In this document: one piece after another, positions 12,976-25,995 of the stretch
Layout of the letters: the number at the start of each line of letters is the position of its first letter
How positions within the stretch are numbered: the first letter of the stretch is position 1
Source: Mobula hypostoma
Lineage: Eukaryota
Direction of reading: 5' to 3'
Assembly: GCF_963921235.1 (NCBI RefSeq)
Contig: NC_086097.1
Coordinates: 32,490,001 to 32,554,000, forward strand
DNA: 64,000 bases
Translations under genes and position numbers: made by a program
Notes under the pieces: generated by a model
What the model was told of the DNA's origin: nothing
The model's database searches: none
Seen by the model: the letters and a program-made list of their open reading frames with translations, nothing else

Positions 12976-14512
12976 CTGGGCCATGCTGTGATAGTGAACG
13001 GAGCTCCAAAAATGCAAGCCTTTCTGCTTACAAATAGCCTAACCAATAAACGAGGCAGCACAGCAGTAGAGCAGTTAGCAAAACAACCCTACAGTGCCAA
13101 CAACCTGGTTCAATTTCACTGCTGTCTGAAAGGAGCTTGTACATTCTTCCCGTGACCCATGTAGGTTTCCTCCAGAAATGTGCTCCAGGTTCCTCCCACA
13201 TTCTAAAGGTGTACAACAATTGGTCGCAGAAGTGTAATTGGGTGGCACATGCTCATTGGGCTGGAAGGGCCTGCCACTGTGCTGTATCTATGCTAAAGAT
13301 AAATATGGTCCCAAAGGAAAGATACTAGCATGGATAGATCGGTTGACTGGCAGGAAGCAAAAAGTGGGAATAAAGGGGGCCTGTTTTGGTTGACTGTCAG
13401 TGACTAGTGGTGTTCTGCATGGGTTGGTATCGGGACAGCTTCTTCTCACATCATATGCCAATGGTTTGGATGATGGAATTGTTGGCCAAGTTTGTAAATA
13501 GTACAAAGATAGGTGGAGGGCCAGTTAGTATCGAGAAAGCAGGATGTCTGAGACAGATTAGGAGAATGGGCAAAGAAGTGGCAGTTGGAATATAGTGTAG
13601 GGAAAGTGCATGGTCGTGCTCTTTGGTAGAAGGAATAGCATGGGCTATTTTCTAAACAGGGAGTGAGGAAGGCAAATGCAATGTTAATATTCATTTTGAG
13701 AGGACTAGACTATAAGAGATGAACGTGAGCGGCAAGCCAGGTGGGCTGCAGAGGTAGAACAATATATGCAGTGTGTACAAGTGTATTTCAGCAGAAAAAC
13801 TCCTAGATAAATAAGACAGTAAAGGGAAACTCACCAGAATGTCTCAGACCCATCAGGTTGTACACCTTCTTTCATGTTATGGAGAGTAAACTGGAATCTC
13901 GAGAATGTACTCCAACACAAACTGTTAACCCTGCAAAACTTTACTATTATGATGGCATTGACATTGTTATATACTCTGGTGAATTTCAGCCAGCACTGAT
14001 ATTGGAAAACTGTTAAATCATTGTACAATCAAAGCTTATTTAGACTGATTCTGAACAATGTGATGTTACCAGTTACACTATCAAAATGATTTAAAATAAA
14101 AGAATTTCAGTAAATGTCTTTCTAGTCCTGCTCTTGATATTCCATAGGGCAGGGCTTCCCACCTTTATTATGTCTTGGACTCCCACCATTAAACCCATGG
14201 GCCCCAGATTGGGAATCCTGCCATAGGCAACAGAAGAAGAATTCTCCAAGAACTTGGGTTTGTAGAAAAGGGATAAAAAAAAAAGCAGCAGGATTGAATG
14301 GGAGGAGTAGTGTGGTTGAGTATTCTGCAAGATGGAATTACAGAGGAGAATTTCCCTTTTCCCACAATATGCAAAATCTTCTGTAGGGGATTCACAACTG
14401 TTGGTCAATGGTTGAATCTTCAAGGTTAAAAACATTATCCTTAAATATTTTATGATTTAAGATAAAAGATTTTCATTAAATGTCATGATCAGTTTCAGGA
14501 GTGAGTATTTAA

Positions 14513-14990
14513 GGCCCTCCATTGAACACGGTTGACCATGGATGTTGTATCCTAACTATTCATGTCAAAATTGATCTGCAAGCCAGGGCAGTACGATATG
14601 GAGGGCAAGATGTTGCCCATGCAGCAGGCTCCCCCTCTCCATGCAAAGGAACACAGAGACCAATACAGTTTGGCACCTGCAGTGTTGCAGGAATTGCTAT
14701 TCAGCATTGAACTCAACATAGGACTGCCTTAGGGACTCCAGTTCTGGATTTTTCCCTTGGGTTTACTCCCAAATCCTTCCCCATGGGCGGATAACATAGC
14801 CATAATGTAGCGGAGGTTTGAGATCAGAGTTTTCCTTCTCCAAGATGAGCTGCCAACCATAGCTGACGAGCCCCATCTCCTGCCGGTAAAAACACTTCTG
14901 CCGAGCTTAGTAACTAAGCCACATGTGAAGGCCAGGATCTGAACTTAGTTGTCAGAGGCTATTGGAGGTGCAATTCATTGGGAGCATTTG
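14513..14990 (-). mobile_element. Non-autonomous RTE-derived short element (5' UTR joined to 3' tail)
   Basis: RTE-type 5' UTR motif ggttggcagctcatcttggagaaggaaaactc. The 3' end ccatggtcaacc resembles the RTE tail ccatggtcgacc at ~30390. Confidence 0.6.
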
Positions 14991-15255
14991 GGGATGATAG
15001 TTACAAAACTGGAGGTGGGGTTGTTGCAGAGGTGAGGGTGGGGGAATGTGGAATTAATGGAGAAAATCCACCCTCTTTTAAAAGAATTTAATAAAAGAGC
15101 AAATGGAGGATCAAACAGAATCAACTGAGTTTTGAGCAAAAGAACTTGTATTTGATAAATCTACGATTTTGAGGCTATAGTTAGAAGGGAGGATAGGAGT
15201 ATTCAGTGTAGAGGTAGGGCTTCAGGGTTTTCAAAATACATTTGAAAAGGTCACA

Positions 15256-15475
15256 CAAAAAATGCTGGAGGAACTCTGAGATCAGGCAGCACCTATGGAA
15301 GGAAATGGACAATCAATGTTTTGAGCCAAGACCCTTCATCTGGACTGGTGAAGGGTCTCAGCCCAAAATGGCATCTGTTTATTTCCCTCCCTGGATTCTG
15401 CACAACTTGCTGAGCTCCTCCAGTACTGTGTGTGTTGCTCAAGATATCCAACTTCTGGAAAATTTTTGTATCTCT
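15256..15475. mobile_element. Older fold-back Penelope mini-element (similar relics near 16258-16396, 21426-21588, 34680-34780, 35730-35880, 46730-46815, 61970-62100)
   Basis: aaatgctggaggaactc...gacccttcatc|gaagggtctc...tgctgagctcctccag; approximate flanking duplication tttgaaaaggtcaca/tttaaaaagatcaca. Confidence 0.7.
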
Positions 15476-16584
15476 TTAAAAAGATCACATGAGGTTATTT
15501 AAAATAAGGACTCTGGGAATGGGAGGGGAATATATTAGATTCAATAAATTGCTGAAAAGGCAGGAAACTGAAGATTGAAGTGAATAGGTTGTTTTCAGCT
15601 TCGGAAGTTGCTAATAGTGGCGGGGGGGGGGGCACAAAGATCAGCACCCAGTTTCCAGTACTGTATTCATAAACTATCAGTGGTAAGCATGTTGCTTTGG
15701 GGGTGGGGGGGGGGTGATAGGAACAATATTAATCACTTTTGAAATCCTTCATTTGAAACATTTAAAGCGTTTTCTTGAGGAGGTGTTTCATTTGACATCA
15801 GCTGAGCAAGACAAAGTTTACGCTGTATGCAATTAGAACAATAAGAGTAGCTGCCCCTTTTAAGTACACCACTCTCAGCCAGAGCTACAGTCCTTTTTCA
15901 TTCATTTTTCAGGATCTAGGCATCACTGCCAAAGCCAGAGTGCAGGAAATAGGGATCCCCTCCCAGTGGGCTGGAAAATTGTCTAGATATCTAGAAGGAG
16001 GAGACTTTAAAAAAAATCAAACCTTAGACTTTGCCAATGGCACAAATTGAAAAGGCTGCTAACAGAATGTCATTACATATTTAATAACAGTTCAAAAGCA
16101 GTAGTATATTCTAAACATAAATTATACCAGAGGAATACTATACAGGATTATGGTGTAAAGGCTGAGGTCTGAACTTAAACTACTTTAATTCTTTGTAAAA
16201 GCTGTTTCCAGCATTATTGGGCAAACATACTTTACGATTTAGTAAGGTTTTGATTAGCAACACACGTAAAGTGCTGGAAGAACTCAGAAAAGGTGGCGTC
16301 TATGGAAAAGAGTAAGCAATTGTCATTTTGGACCAAGACCCTTCTTCAAGTCCCTACTTGCTTTGGATTTCCAGCATCTGCAGATTTTTGTGTCTTAAAG
16401 GTTTTGATTAGGTTTGTCATGGAGTCTGACAGCACAGAAACAGGCCCTTCAGCCCACAAAATCTGTGCTGACCACACAACATTACCCTTACACTAATCCC
16501 TACAATTCCATCCATTCAACCCTCTCCCCCAACCACCTCAGATTCAGTACTTATCTACACTCAAGGGGCAATTTACAGTGGCCA

Positions 16585-18430
16585 GTTGAGCTCCTAGATG
16601 AACTCAACACCTCTAGGATCGTTTTGACTACCAAAGCAAGGAGGAACCATGCACTTCCACAGTCCCCAATGATCCTGTGATTTCAGAGTCTGAAGCCAAC
16701 GTGAGAGCATCCTTCAAGAGGGTAAATCCATAGAAAGCATCTGGCCCAAATGGGGTACCTGTCTGAGTACTAAAGACCTATGCTGATCAACTGGCTGGAG
16801 AGTTCACCAATATCTTTAACCTCTCACTTTAGCAGTCTGAGATACCCAGATACAAGTAGGCTTCAATTATACCAGTGCTTAAAAAGAACATGGTAACATG
16901 CCTCAATGACTAGCACTTACATTCACTGTAATGAAGTGCTTTCAGAGGTTGGTGATGAAACATATTAATTCCTGCCTGAGAAGTGACTTGGATCCACTCT
17001 AATTTGCTGACTGGCACAACAGGTCTACAGCAAATGCTCTTCCCTCAACCCTGGAACATTTGGACAGCAATGATGCGTACACCAGGATGTTTTTTTAATC
17101 AATTACAGCTTAGCATTCAATACTATGATCCCCTGAAAACTAATCAATAAACTTTAAGACCTTGGCCTCAATACCTCTTTGTGCAATTGGATTCTCTTTC
17201 TGCACAAACAGACCTTAGTCAGTTCTGATTGGCAAAAGCATCTCCTCCACAACCTCCATCAGCACAGGTGCACAAGGCTCTATTCGCTCTACACTGTGAG
17301 GCTAAGCACAGCTCCAATGCCATATTTAAGTTTGCTGACGACACCATTGTCATTGGCCGAATCAAGGGTGGTGATGAATCAGCATATAGGAGGGAGTTTG
17401 AAAATCTGGCTGAGAGGTGACACAACAACTCAATGTCATCAAGACTAAGGAGATGATTATTGACTTAGAGGAGGAAACTGGAGGTCCATAAGCCAGTCCT
17501 CTTTGGGGTATCTAAAGTGGAGAGGGTCAGCAACTTTAAATTTCTCAGAGTTATCATTTCAGGGGATCTGTCCTGGGCCCAGCACGTAAGTGCCATTACG
17601 AAGAAAGCAAGGCAACACCTCTACTTCCTTAGGAGTTTGCTAAGATTCAGCATGACATGTAAAATTTTGACAAACTTCAAAGTTTGGAGAGTATATTGAC
17701 TGGTTGCATCATAGTCTGATATGGAAAAACCAATCCCTTGAATATAAAATCCTACCAAAAGTAGTGGATATGGCCCAGTCCACCATGGGTAAAGCTGTCC
17801 CCACCATTGAGCTCACCTACATGGAGCGCTGTTGCAGGAAAGCGCATCCATCATCAATCCCCACCACCCAAGACATGCTCTCTTCTCACTGCTGCCATCA
17901 GGAAGAAAGTGCAGGAGCCTTAGGACCCACTCCATCAGGTTCAGGAACAGATGTTACCCATCCACTATCAGGCTGTTGAACCAGAGGGGATAACTTCACT
18001 CATCCCATCAATGAACTCTTGTTCATCCCATGTTTTTGATATTTATTAATTTATTATTATTTGTTTTTAATTTTGTATTTGCACAGTTTGTTATCTTCTA
18101 GACATTGGTTGTTTGTTTGTCCTGTTGGGTACAGTCTTTCATTGATTCTATTATGTTTCTTGGATTTACTGAGTATGCCCCCAAGAAAACAAATCTCAAG
18201 TTGTATATGATGATATATACTGTATGTAGTTTGTTAATAGATTTACTTTGAACTGTACTCAACCTTACTTGCCCCATCACTGAACCGTTCCCATAAACAA
18301 GGACTCACTTTCAAGGACTCTCATGTTCTCAATATTTATTGCTTATTTATTATTATTATTATTATTATTGTATTTGCACAGTTTGTTGTCTTTCCCACAA
18401 TGGTTGTTTGTCTGTCCTATTGGGTGTGGT
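16585..18430 (+). mobile_element. Rex1/Babar-type LINE, decayed
   Basis: KFADDTIVIGRIKGGDESAYRRE, ERVSNFKFL..ISGDLSW, KKARQHLYFLRSL. Confidence 0.82.
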
Positions 18431-18482
18431 CTTTTAGTGATTCTATTGTATTTCTGTGTATACCTACAAGACAACCTTATGG

Positions 18483-19990
18483 AAACTCCTTCAGGGAAAA
18501 TCCTACCTGATGAACCTCTTGGAATTCTTTGAGGAGATTACACGTAGGATAGATAAAGGGGATGCAGTGGATGTTGTATATTCAGACTTTCAGAAGGCCT
18601 TTGACAAGGGCCACACGAGGCTGCTTACCAAGTTAAGAGCCCATGATATTACAGGAAAGTTACTAACATGGTTAGAGCATTGGCTGATTGGTAGGAGACA
18701 GCGAGTGGGAATAAAAGGATCCTTTTCTGGTTGGCTAGTGGTGTTCCACAGGGGTCGGTGTTGGGACCACTTCTTCTTATGCTGTATATAAATAATTTAG
18801 ATGATGGAATAGATGGCTTTGTTGCCAGGTTTGTAGATGATATGAAGATTGGTGGAGGGGCAGGCAGTGTTGAGAAAACAAGTAGGATGCAGAAAGAACA
18901 CACATAAAAGTTGCTGGTGAACGAGGCAGGCCAGGCAGCATCTCTAGGAAGAGGTGCAGTTGACGTTTCAGGCCGAGACCCGACGTCCTGACGAAGGGTC
19001 TCGGCCTGAAACGTCGACTGCACCTCTTCCTAGAGATGCTGCCTGGCCTGCTGCGTTCACCAGCAACTTTTATGTGTGTTGCTTGAATTTCCAGCATCTG
19101 CAGAATTCCTGTTGTTTGCAGAAGGACTTGGACAGATTTGGAGAATGGGCAAGAAAGGGGCAAATGAAATACAATGTTTGAAAATGCATTGTCATGCACT
19201 TTGGTAGTAGAAATAAATGTGTGGACTATTTTCTAAATGGGGATAATATCCAGGAATCTGAGATGCAGAGGGACTTTGGAGTCCTTGTGCAGAACACCCT
19301 GAAGGTTAACTTGCAGGTTAAGTTGGTAGTGAGGAAGGCAAATGCCATGTTAGCATTCATTTCAAGAGGTCTAAAATATAAGAGCAAGGATGTATTGCTG
19401 AGACTTTATAAGGCACTGGTGAGGCCTCAGCTTGAATATTGTGAACAGTTTTGGGCCCCTCATCTTAGAAAAGGTATGCTGGCATTGGAGAGGGTCCAGA
19501 GGAGGTTCACAAGGATGATTCTAGGAATGAAAGGGTTATCATATGAGGAAAGTTTGATAGCTCTGGGTCTGTACATGCTGGAATTCAGAAGGATGAGGGG
19601 GATCTCATTGAAACCTTTTGAATGTTGAAAGGCCTAGACAGAGTAGATGTGGAAAGGATGTTTCCCATGGTGGGAGAGTCTAGGACAAGAGGGCACAGCC
19701 TCAGGATAGAGGGGCGCCCTTTCAGAACAGAGATGTGGAGAAATTTCTTTAGCTAAAGGGTGGTGAATTTGTGGAATTTGTTGCCACATGCAGCTGTGGA
19801 GGGCAGATCATTGGGTGTATTTAAGGCAGAGACTGATAGGTTCTTGATTGGACATGGCATCATTACGGGGGGAAGGCCGGGAACTGGGGTTGAGGAGGAG
19901 ATAGAAAAAAAAAGGATCAGCCATGATTGAATGGTGGAGCACACTCGATGGGCCAAATGGCCTAATTCTGCTCCTATGTCTTATAGTCTA
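18483..19990 (+). mobile_element. CR1 LINE 3' portion
   Basis: DFQKAFDK, LYKALVRPQLEYCEQFWAP; tail ggcctaattctgctcctatgtcttat. Confidence 0.9.
18898..19116. mobile_element. Fold-back Penelope mini-insertion inside CR1 RT
   Basis: Same architecture. Duplication TGCAGAAAGA/TGCAGAAGGA; intact hammerhead core at 18985-19018. Confidence 0.88.
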
Positions 19991-20957
19991 AAACGAATGT
20001 CAGCGTTATACATAATGAGATATATGTACTTTGATAATAAATTTATTTTCAACTTTGAATTAACTGACCAACTAATGGGGCTGAGAGGGACGACAGAGGA
20101 TATTCTCCTGGATGGTTCTAGGGATGAGTCTTTGGTTCTATGAAGAGACTACAGAAGCCAGATGAGTGCTCCTTAGAGTAGAGCAAGTTAAGGGATGATT
20201 TTACAGAGGTTTTCAAAGTCATGATAGGTTTGAATAGTAAAAGAACTATGTGAGTGGCCTTCCCTGAATCTCACCTGTGCAGTTTCTGGTTTAGAAACGT
20301 TGGGGCAGTAGAGTAGCATAGTGGTTACTGCAACACTTTATAGTACCAGCTCAAAGATCGGGTTTTGATTCCTGCTGCTATCTGTAAGGAGTTTGTATGT
20401 TCTCCCTGTGATTACGTGGATTTTCTCCAGGTGCTCCAGTTTCCTTCCACATCCCAAAAATGTATTGGTTAGGGATGGTAAGTCGTGGGCATACTATGTT
20501 GGAGCCTGAACTTGCGGGCTTCCCCCAGCACAACCTTCGCTGATTTGATCGATGTAAGCAAAGCATTTCACTATATATTTTCAAATGTACATGTGACAAA
20601 TAAAGCTAATATCTCTTTTCTTTGAAGGGACAGTGATGGGAGAACTTTACTCTGTATATAACCCATATTATCCCAACCTGGGAAGTATTTCATCAGAATG
20701 GAAAAATGTGCAGTCCTAAACACTCACATCCTTTTCCTACAAAGGTGAATGATGCAGCTATGGAGAAGGCCAGATGGCACAAAGAGGTGAACAGTGGTAA
20801 CTGTTTGAAGGAGGAGATGGAACAATGCTGGTGGTTAAAAATGAGGGTTAGAGAAGCACAGTATGACATTGTTGTACTTTAGAGTAGTCATTCTATAATT
20901 TCTTTAAAGTTGTATGCCTTCATGTTGAAAGCATGCAGCAATGATGGATTCAATAGA

Positions 20958-21159
20958 TCAATTCCAATCCATCGTCCATCTTTCTTCAGAGGTTCGGAGT
21001 CTACAGCATCCATCGTCATCAAGTTTGTTTGTCTTCTTTAACATCTTCATGCGGTACACAAAGCTGAAATGCCCCTGTAGCCGTGGGTGTATGCTGAAGA
21101 ATTTCGTAAGGGGAGTGGGCTGCGTAGACACTGAAGGCAAGTCGATCCAGGGGAAAGGG
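20958..21159 (-). CDS. NOXRED1: NOXRED1 terminal coding exon 6
   Basis: Acceptor acttgcag, 202 nt to TGA. Encodes PFPWIDLPSVSTQPTPLTKFFSIHPRLQGHFSFVY...; cf. PFPWFDLTAVQLKETPF. The six exons sum to 1131 nt in frame. Confidence 0.9.
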
Positions 21160-22477
21160 CTGCAAGTAGTTAAAAATGTATGTGACTTCTGCAGGAACAG
21201 TCAGAAATTGTTGTAAACACCAACAGATTATACTAGAAGCACTGCCTCTTTCAATATACTGATTTTCATGTGAGTGTACACTGCACAATTTACAAAGTTC
21301 CAAAAAACTTAGAGTAGAGTCAGTTTATAAAATTATAAGAGGCATTGAAAGAGTAGACAGCTACTGGTATCTTTTCCCCAGGGTCAAAATGTCTAGGATG
21401 TTCAGAAGCATAGAGAGGATGGACAAGACACACAAAATGCTGGGAGAACTTAGCAGCCCAGGCAGCTGTATGGAAAAGAGTACAGTCGACACTCCGGGCC
21501 GAAACACTCCAGCAGGACTGAGTTCCTCCAGCACTTTGTGTGTGTGTTGCTTGGATTTCCAACATCTGCAGATTTTCTCTTGTTTGTGAGAGAGTGGACA
21601 GCTAATGCCTTTTTTGCCAGGGTGGGAAATGGCTAAAATGAGGGGCATAAGTTTAAGGTGTTGGGAGGAAAATATAGGAGATAGGTCAGAAGTAGTTTTT
21701 TTTTTACACAGAAGCACTGGTTGCAAGGGTGGTGGTAGAAGCATATACATTAGGGACATTTAAGAGACTCTTAGATATGCACATGGATGAAAGTAAAATG
21801 GAAGTCTATGCGGGAGAGAAGTGTTAGATTGAGTTATTTAAAAGGTCGGAGCAACATTGTGGGCTGAAAGGCCTGTTCCTGTGCTGTGCTGTACTGTTCT
21901 CTGTTCTATAATGAACTGCGAAGATAGCAGGAATAAACTACAGTCAGTGCGGAATGGAAATAACATCTCCTTCTCACTGACATTTAATACTGGCACTCCT
22001 CGAGGATGCTTGCTTAGCCACTGGTCTACTCTCTCTACACCCATGATTGTATGGCTAGGCACAGCTCGAGCACCATCCACATTAATGTCTGTTGATGACG
22101 CAATTATTGCTGGCAGAATCTCAGATGGTGACAAGGAGACATACAGGAGTGAGATAGATCAGTTGGTTGAGTGGTGGTGCAACAACAGCTTTGCACTCAA
22201 TGTCAGTAAGACCAAGGAATTGATTGTGGACTTCAGGAAGGGTAAACTGTGGGAATAGACACTAGTCCTCATTAAAGGATCAGCAGTGGAAAGGGTGAAC
22301 AGTTTCAGATGTTGGGTGTTAACATTTGTGAAGGTCTATCCTGGGCCCCACCTATTGATGCAGTTACAAAGAAGGAGTTTAGGGAGATTCGTTATGTCAC
22401 CAAAGACTCTGCAAATGTACCATGGCCAGCATTCTAACAGATGCATCACCATCCGATACAGAGTTTATCAGGATAAG

Positions 22478-24240
22478 GCAAATGTGGATTGGGACAGGTT
22501 GTTTTCTGGCAAAGGTGTACTTGGTAAGTGGGAGGCCTTCAAAAGTGAAAGTTTGAGAGTAGAAAGCTTATATGTGCCTGTCAAAAATAAAAGGTAAAGA
22601 TAACAGGTTCAGAAACCTTATTTTCAAGAGGTATTAAGAGCCTGGTTAAATAAAAAAAAAGGAGGTACATAGCAGGTATAGCCAGGAAGAAACAAATGAG
22701 GTACTTGAGCAGTATAAAAAAATGCAAGAGAACACATTAGAAAGAAATCAGGAGGGCTAAATGAAGGCTTTAGGTTACTCCAGCAGACAAGATTAAGGAG
22801 AATTCTAAGGGAGTCTATAGATATGTTAAGAGCAAAAGAATTGTAAGGGACAAAACTGGTCCTCTGGAAGATCAGAATGGTAATCTATGCGTGGAGCCAT
22901 AAGATATAGGGGAGATTTTAAATGGATCTTTTGGATCTGTATTTACTCAGATGGACACAGTCTACTGAAGTGTGGTAAAGCAGCAGCAAGGTCATGGCCC
23001 GTATACAAATTAGAGAGGAGGAGGCGTTTGCTGTGTTGAGGCAAATTAGGGTGGATAAATCCCCAGGGACTGACAAGGTGTTCCTTTAGACGCTGTGAGA
23101 GGCAAGTGCAGAAATCGTAGGGTCACTAATAGAGATATTTAAATCATCCTTAGCGACAAGTGAGCTACCAGAGGATTGGATGATAGCTAATGTTCTGCTG
23201 TTTAAGAAAGGCTCTAAAAATAAACTCAGAAATTAAAGGCCATTGAGCATGACATCAGTAGTGGGAAAGTTATTGGAAGTTATTCTAAGGTACCAAATAT
23301 ACGAGTATTTAGATAGACATGGACAGATGAGGGATAGTCAGCATGCCTTTGTGCTTGGTAGGTCATGGCTAACCAATCTTACAAAGTTTTTTGAGGAATG
23401 TACCAGGAAAGTTGATGAAGGCAGTGGATGTTGTCTATATAGATTTCAGCAAGGCATTTGACAAAGTCCCACATAGGAGGCTGGTCAAGAAGGTTTAGTC
23501 ACTTGGCATTCAGGATAAGGTAGTAAAATGGATTGGTCATTAACTTTGTGGGAGAAGCCAGAGAAGTAGTAGATGGTTGCCTCTCTGACTGGAGGCCTGT
23601 GACTAGTGGAGCACCACAGGGTCCGTGCTGGGTTCATTGTTGTTTGTCATCTATATCAATGACCTGGATGATAATGTGGTTAACAGGATCAGCAAGTTTG
23701 CGAATAACATTAAGATTGGGGGTGTATTGAAAGTGGAGTCACAGGTAGATCGGGTCAAAAAGAAAGCTTTTGGAAAATTGGCCTTCATAAATCAAAGTAT
23801 TATGTACAGGAGTTGGGATAGAATGTTGGAGTTGTATAAGATGTTGGTGAGACCTAATTTGGAGTATTGTGTGCAGTTTTGGTCACCCACCTACAGAAAA
23901 GATGTAAATAAAGTTGGAAGAGTACAGAGAAAATTTACAAGGATGTTGCTGGGACTGGAAGACTTGAGTTATAAGGAAAAATTGAATAGGTTAGGACTTT
24001 ATTCCTTAGAATGTAGAAGATTGAGAAGAGATTTGATAGAGGTATACAAAATTATGAGGGGTATAGATAGGGTAAATACAAACAGGCTTCTTCCACTGAG
24101 GTTGTGTGGGACTACAACTAGAGGTCATGGGTTAAGGGTAAAAGGTGAAAAGTTTAAGGGGAACATGAGGGAAAACTTCTTCACTGCGAGGGTTGTGAGA
24201 GTGTGGAATGAACTGCCAGCACAATTTCAATGTTTAAGAG
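22478..24240 (+). mobile_element. Decayed CR1 LINE ORF2
   Basis: MTSVVGKLLE, IYINDLD, SKFAN, LVRPNLEYCVQFWSP; many stops and deletions. Confidence 0.88.
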
Positions 24241-24603
24241 AAGTTTGGATAGGTATTTATCTTTGAAAGTACAAGGGGCATAGAATGGCTAGTCTGCAGA
24301 AAACATTTCCCCATATCAGAGTTAGATGGAACTACAGGATGTAAGTTTAGGGTAAGAGGAAAGAGATTCAGAGTGATCTTTTTCACCCAGAGAGTGGCAA
24401 GTATCTGAATGCACTGCTGGAGAGAATGTTTGAAAAGCTGGGTTGCTGACAACATTTAAGGGGTGTCTGGGTAAACACTTGCATTGCTTAGGCAGAGGTT
24501 TATGGACCAACTAGCAGATGATGGGCCGAATGGACTGTCCCTATGCAGTCCAATTCTATGACACTCCAAATTGGCAACTAGTAACTGAGGTGCTATGACA
24601 TAC

Positions 24604-24820
24604 CTGTTATGTGACAGTGATTCTGCACAAGATTCAGTAATGAAGCTTTCACACACGAATAAATCTGGATCATGCAAAGCTTCCAGACTTTGTGTGACAC
24701 CAAACAGCAGATTGTTGAGAATCCTCAATGTGCTCAGGTGAGGCACTTTCAGAAAGTTGCATACATTCAGGACCGAGTACAAAACTTCCTCAAACCACTT
24801 TGCTTTCACACATTTCTGAC
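24604..24820 (-). CDS. NOXRED1: NOXRED1 exon 5
   Basis: Acceptor ccttacag, donor gtatgt, 217 nt. Encodes QKCVKAKWFEEVLYSVLNVCNFL...ILNNLLF; cf. KWLEGVFYAALNIC. Confidence 0.92.
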
Positions 24821-25995
24821 CTGTAAGGATTAGAAGCAAATTCAGAACAATCTCTTAGCAAGGAGGGATCTCATTTATATATTGAAAGGCCTAAATAGAA
24901 TGGACATGGGAAGGATGTTTGCAATAGTGGGGGATTCTAGGACCTGATGGGACAACCTCAGAATAGAGGGATGTTCCTTTAGAACAGAGTTGAGGAGAAA
25001 TTTCTTTAAACAGGGGGTGGTGGATCTGTGGAATTCATTGCCACACACAGCTGTGAAGGGCAAGTCATTGGTCATATTTAAAGTAGGTTCTTGATTTGTA
25101 AGGGTATCAAAGTTTACAACGGAAGGCAGGAGAATGTGGTTGAGAGGGATCATAAATCAACCATGATGGAATGGCGGAGCAGACTTGATGGGCTGAATGA
25201 CCTAATTATGTTCTGATGCCTTACGGTCTTGAATAGCTAAGTTCTAATGTATAGTTTGCATATAGAAGGCAGAAAGTCATTCAGATAGAGTATTTTGCCT
25301 GGAGGTCAGTGACCAGTGCTGTTCCGCAGGGATCTGCCTGGGACTTTTTGTGAATTTTATAAATGACTTGAATGAGGAAGTGGAAGAGTGGATTAGAAAG
25401 TTTACAGATTTCATGAAGATTGATGGAGCTGCAGATAGGATAGAAAGTTGTCATAGGTTACAATGGGATAGTGACAGGATGCAGAGTTTGGCTGAGAAGT
25501 TACAGATGGAGTTCAACCCAGAAAAGTGTGAAATAATTCCTTTTGGAAGGTCAAATTTGAAGACTTAAAACAGGGTTAATGGTGGAATTTTTAGCAGTGT
25601 GGAGGAACAGAGGGATCTAGGGGTTGACACCCGTAATGTTGCTGCACTAGCTGATACAGGATTGTTACGAAGATGTATGGTGTGTTGACCTTCATTAGTC
25701 AGGGGAATTGAATTCAAGAGCCACGAGGTAATGATGCAGCTCTATAAAACCCTGGTTACATCACACTTGGAATATTGTTTTCAGTTCTGGTTGCCTCATT
25801 ATAGGAAGGATGTGGAGCCTTAGAGACATTGCAGAGGAGAATTACAAGGATTCTGCCTGGATTGGAGAGCATGTATTATGAGGATAGGTTGAGTAAGCCA
25901 GGGCTTTTCTCTTTAGAGTGAAGGAGGATGAGAGCCAACTTGATAGAGGCGTACAAGATGATAAGAGGCATAGATCTAATGGATAGCCAGAGGCT

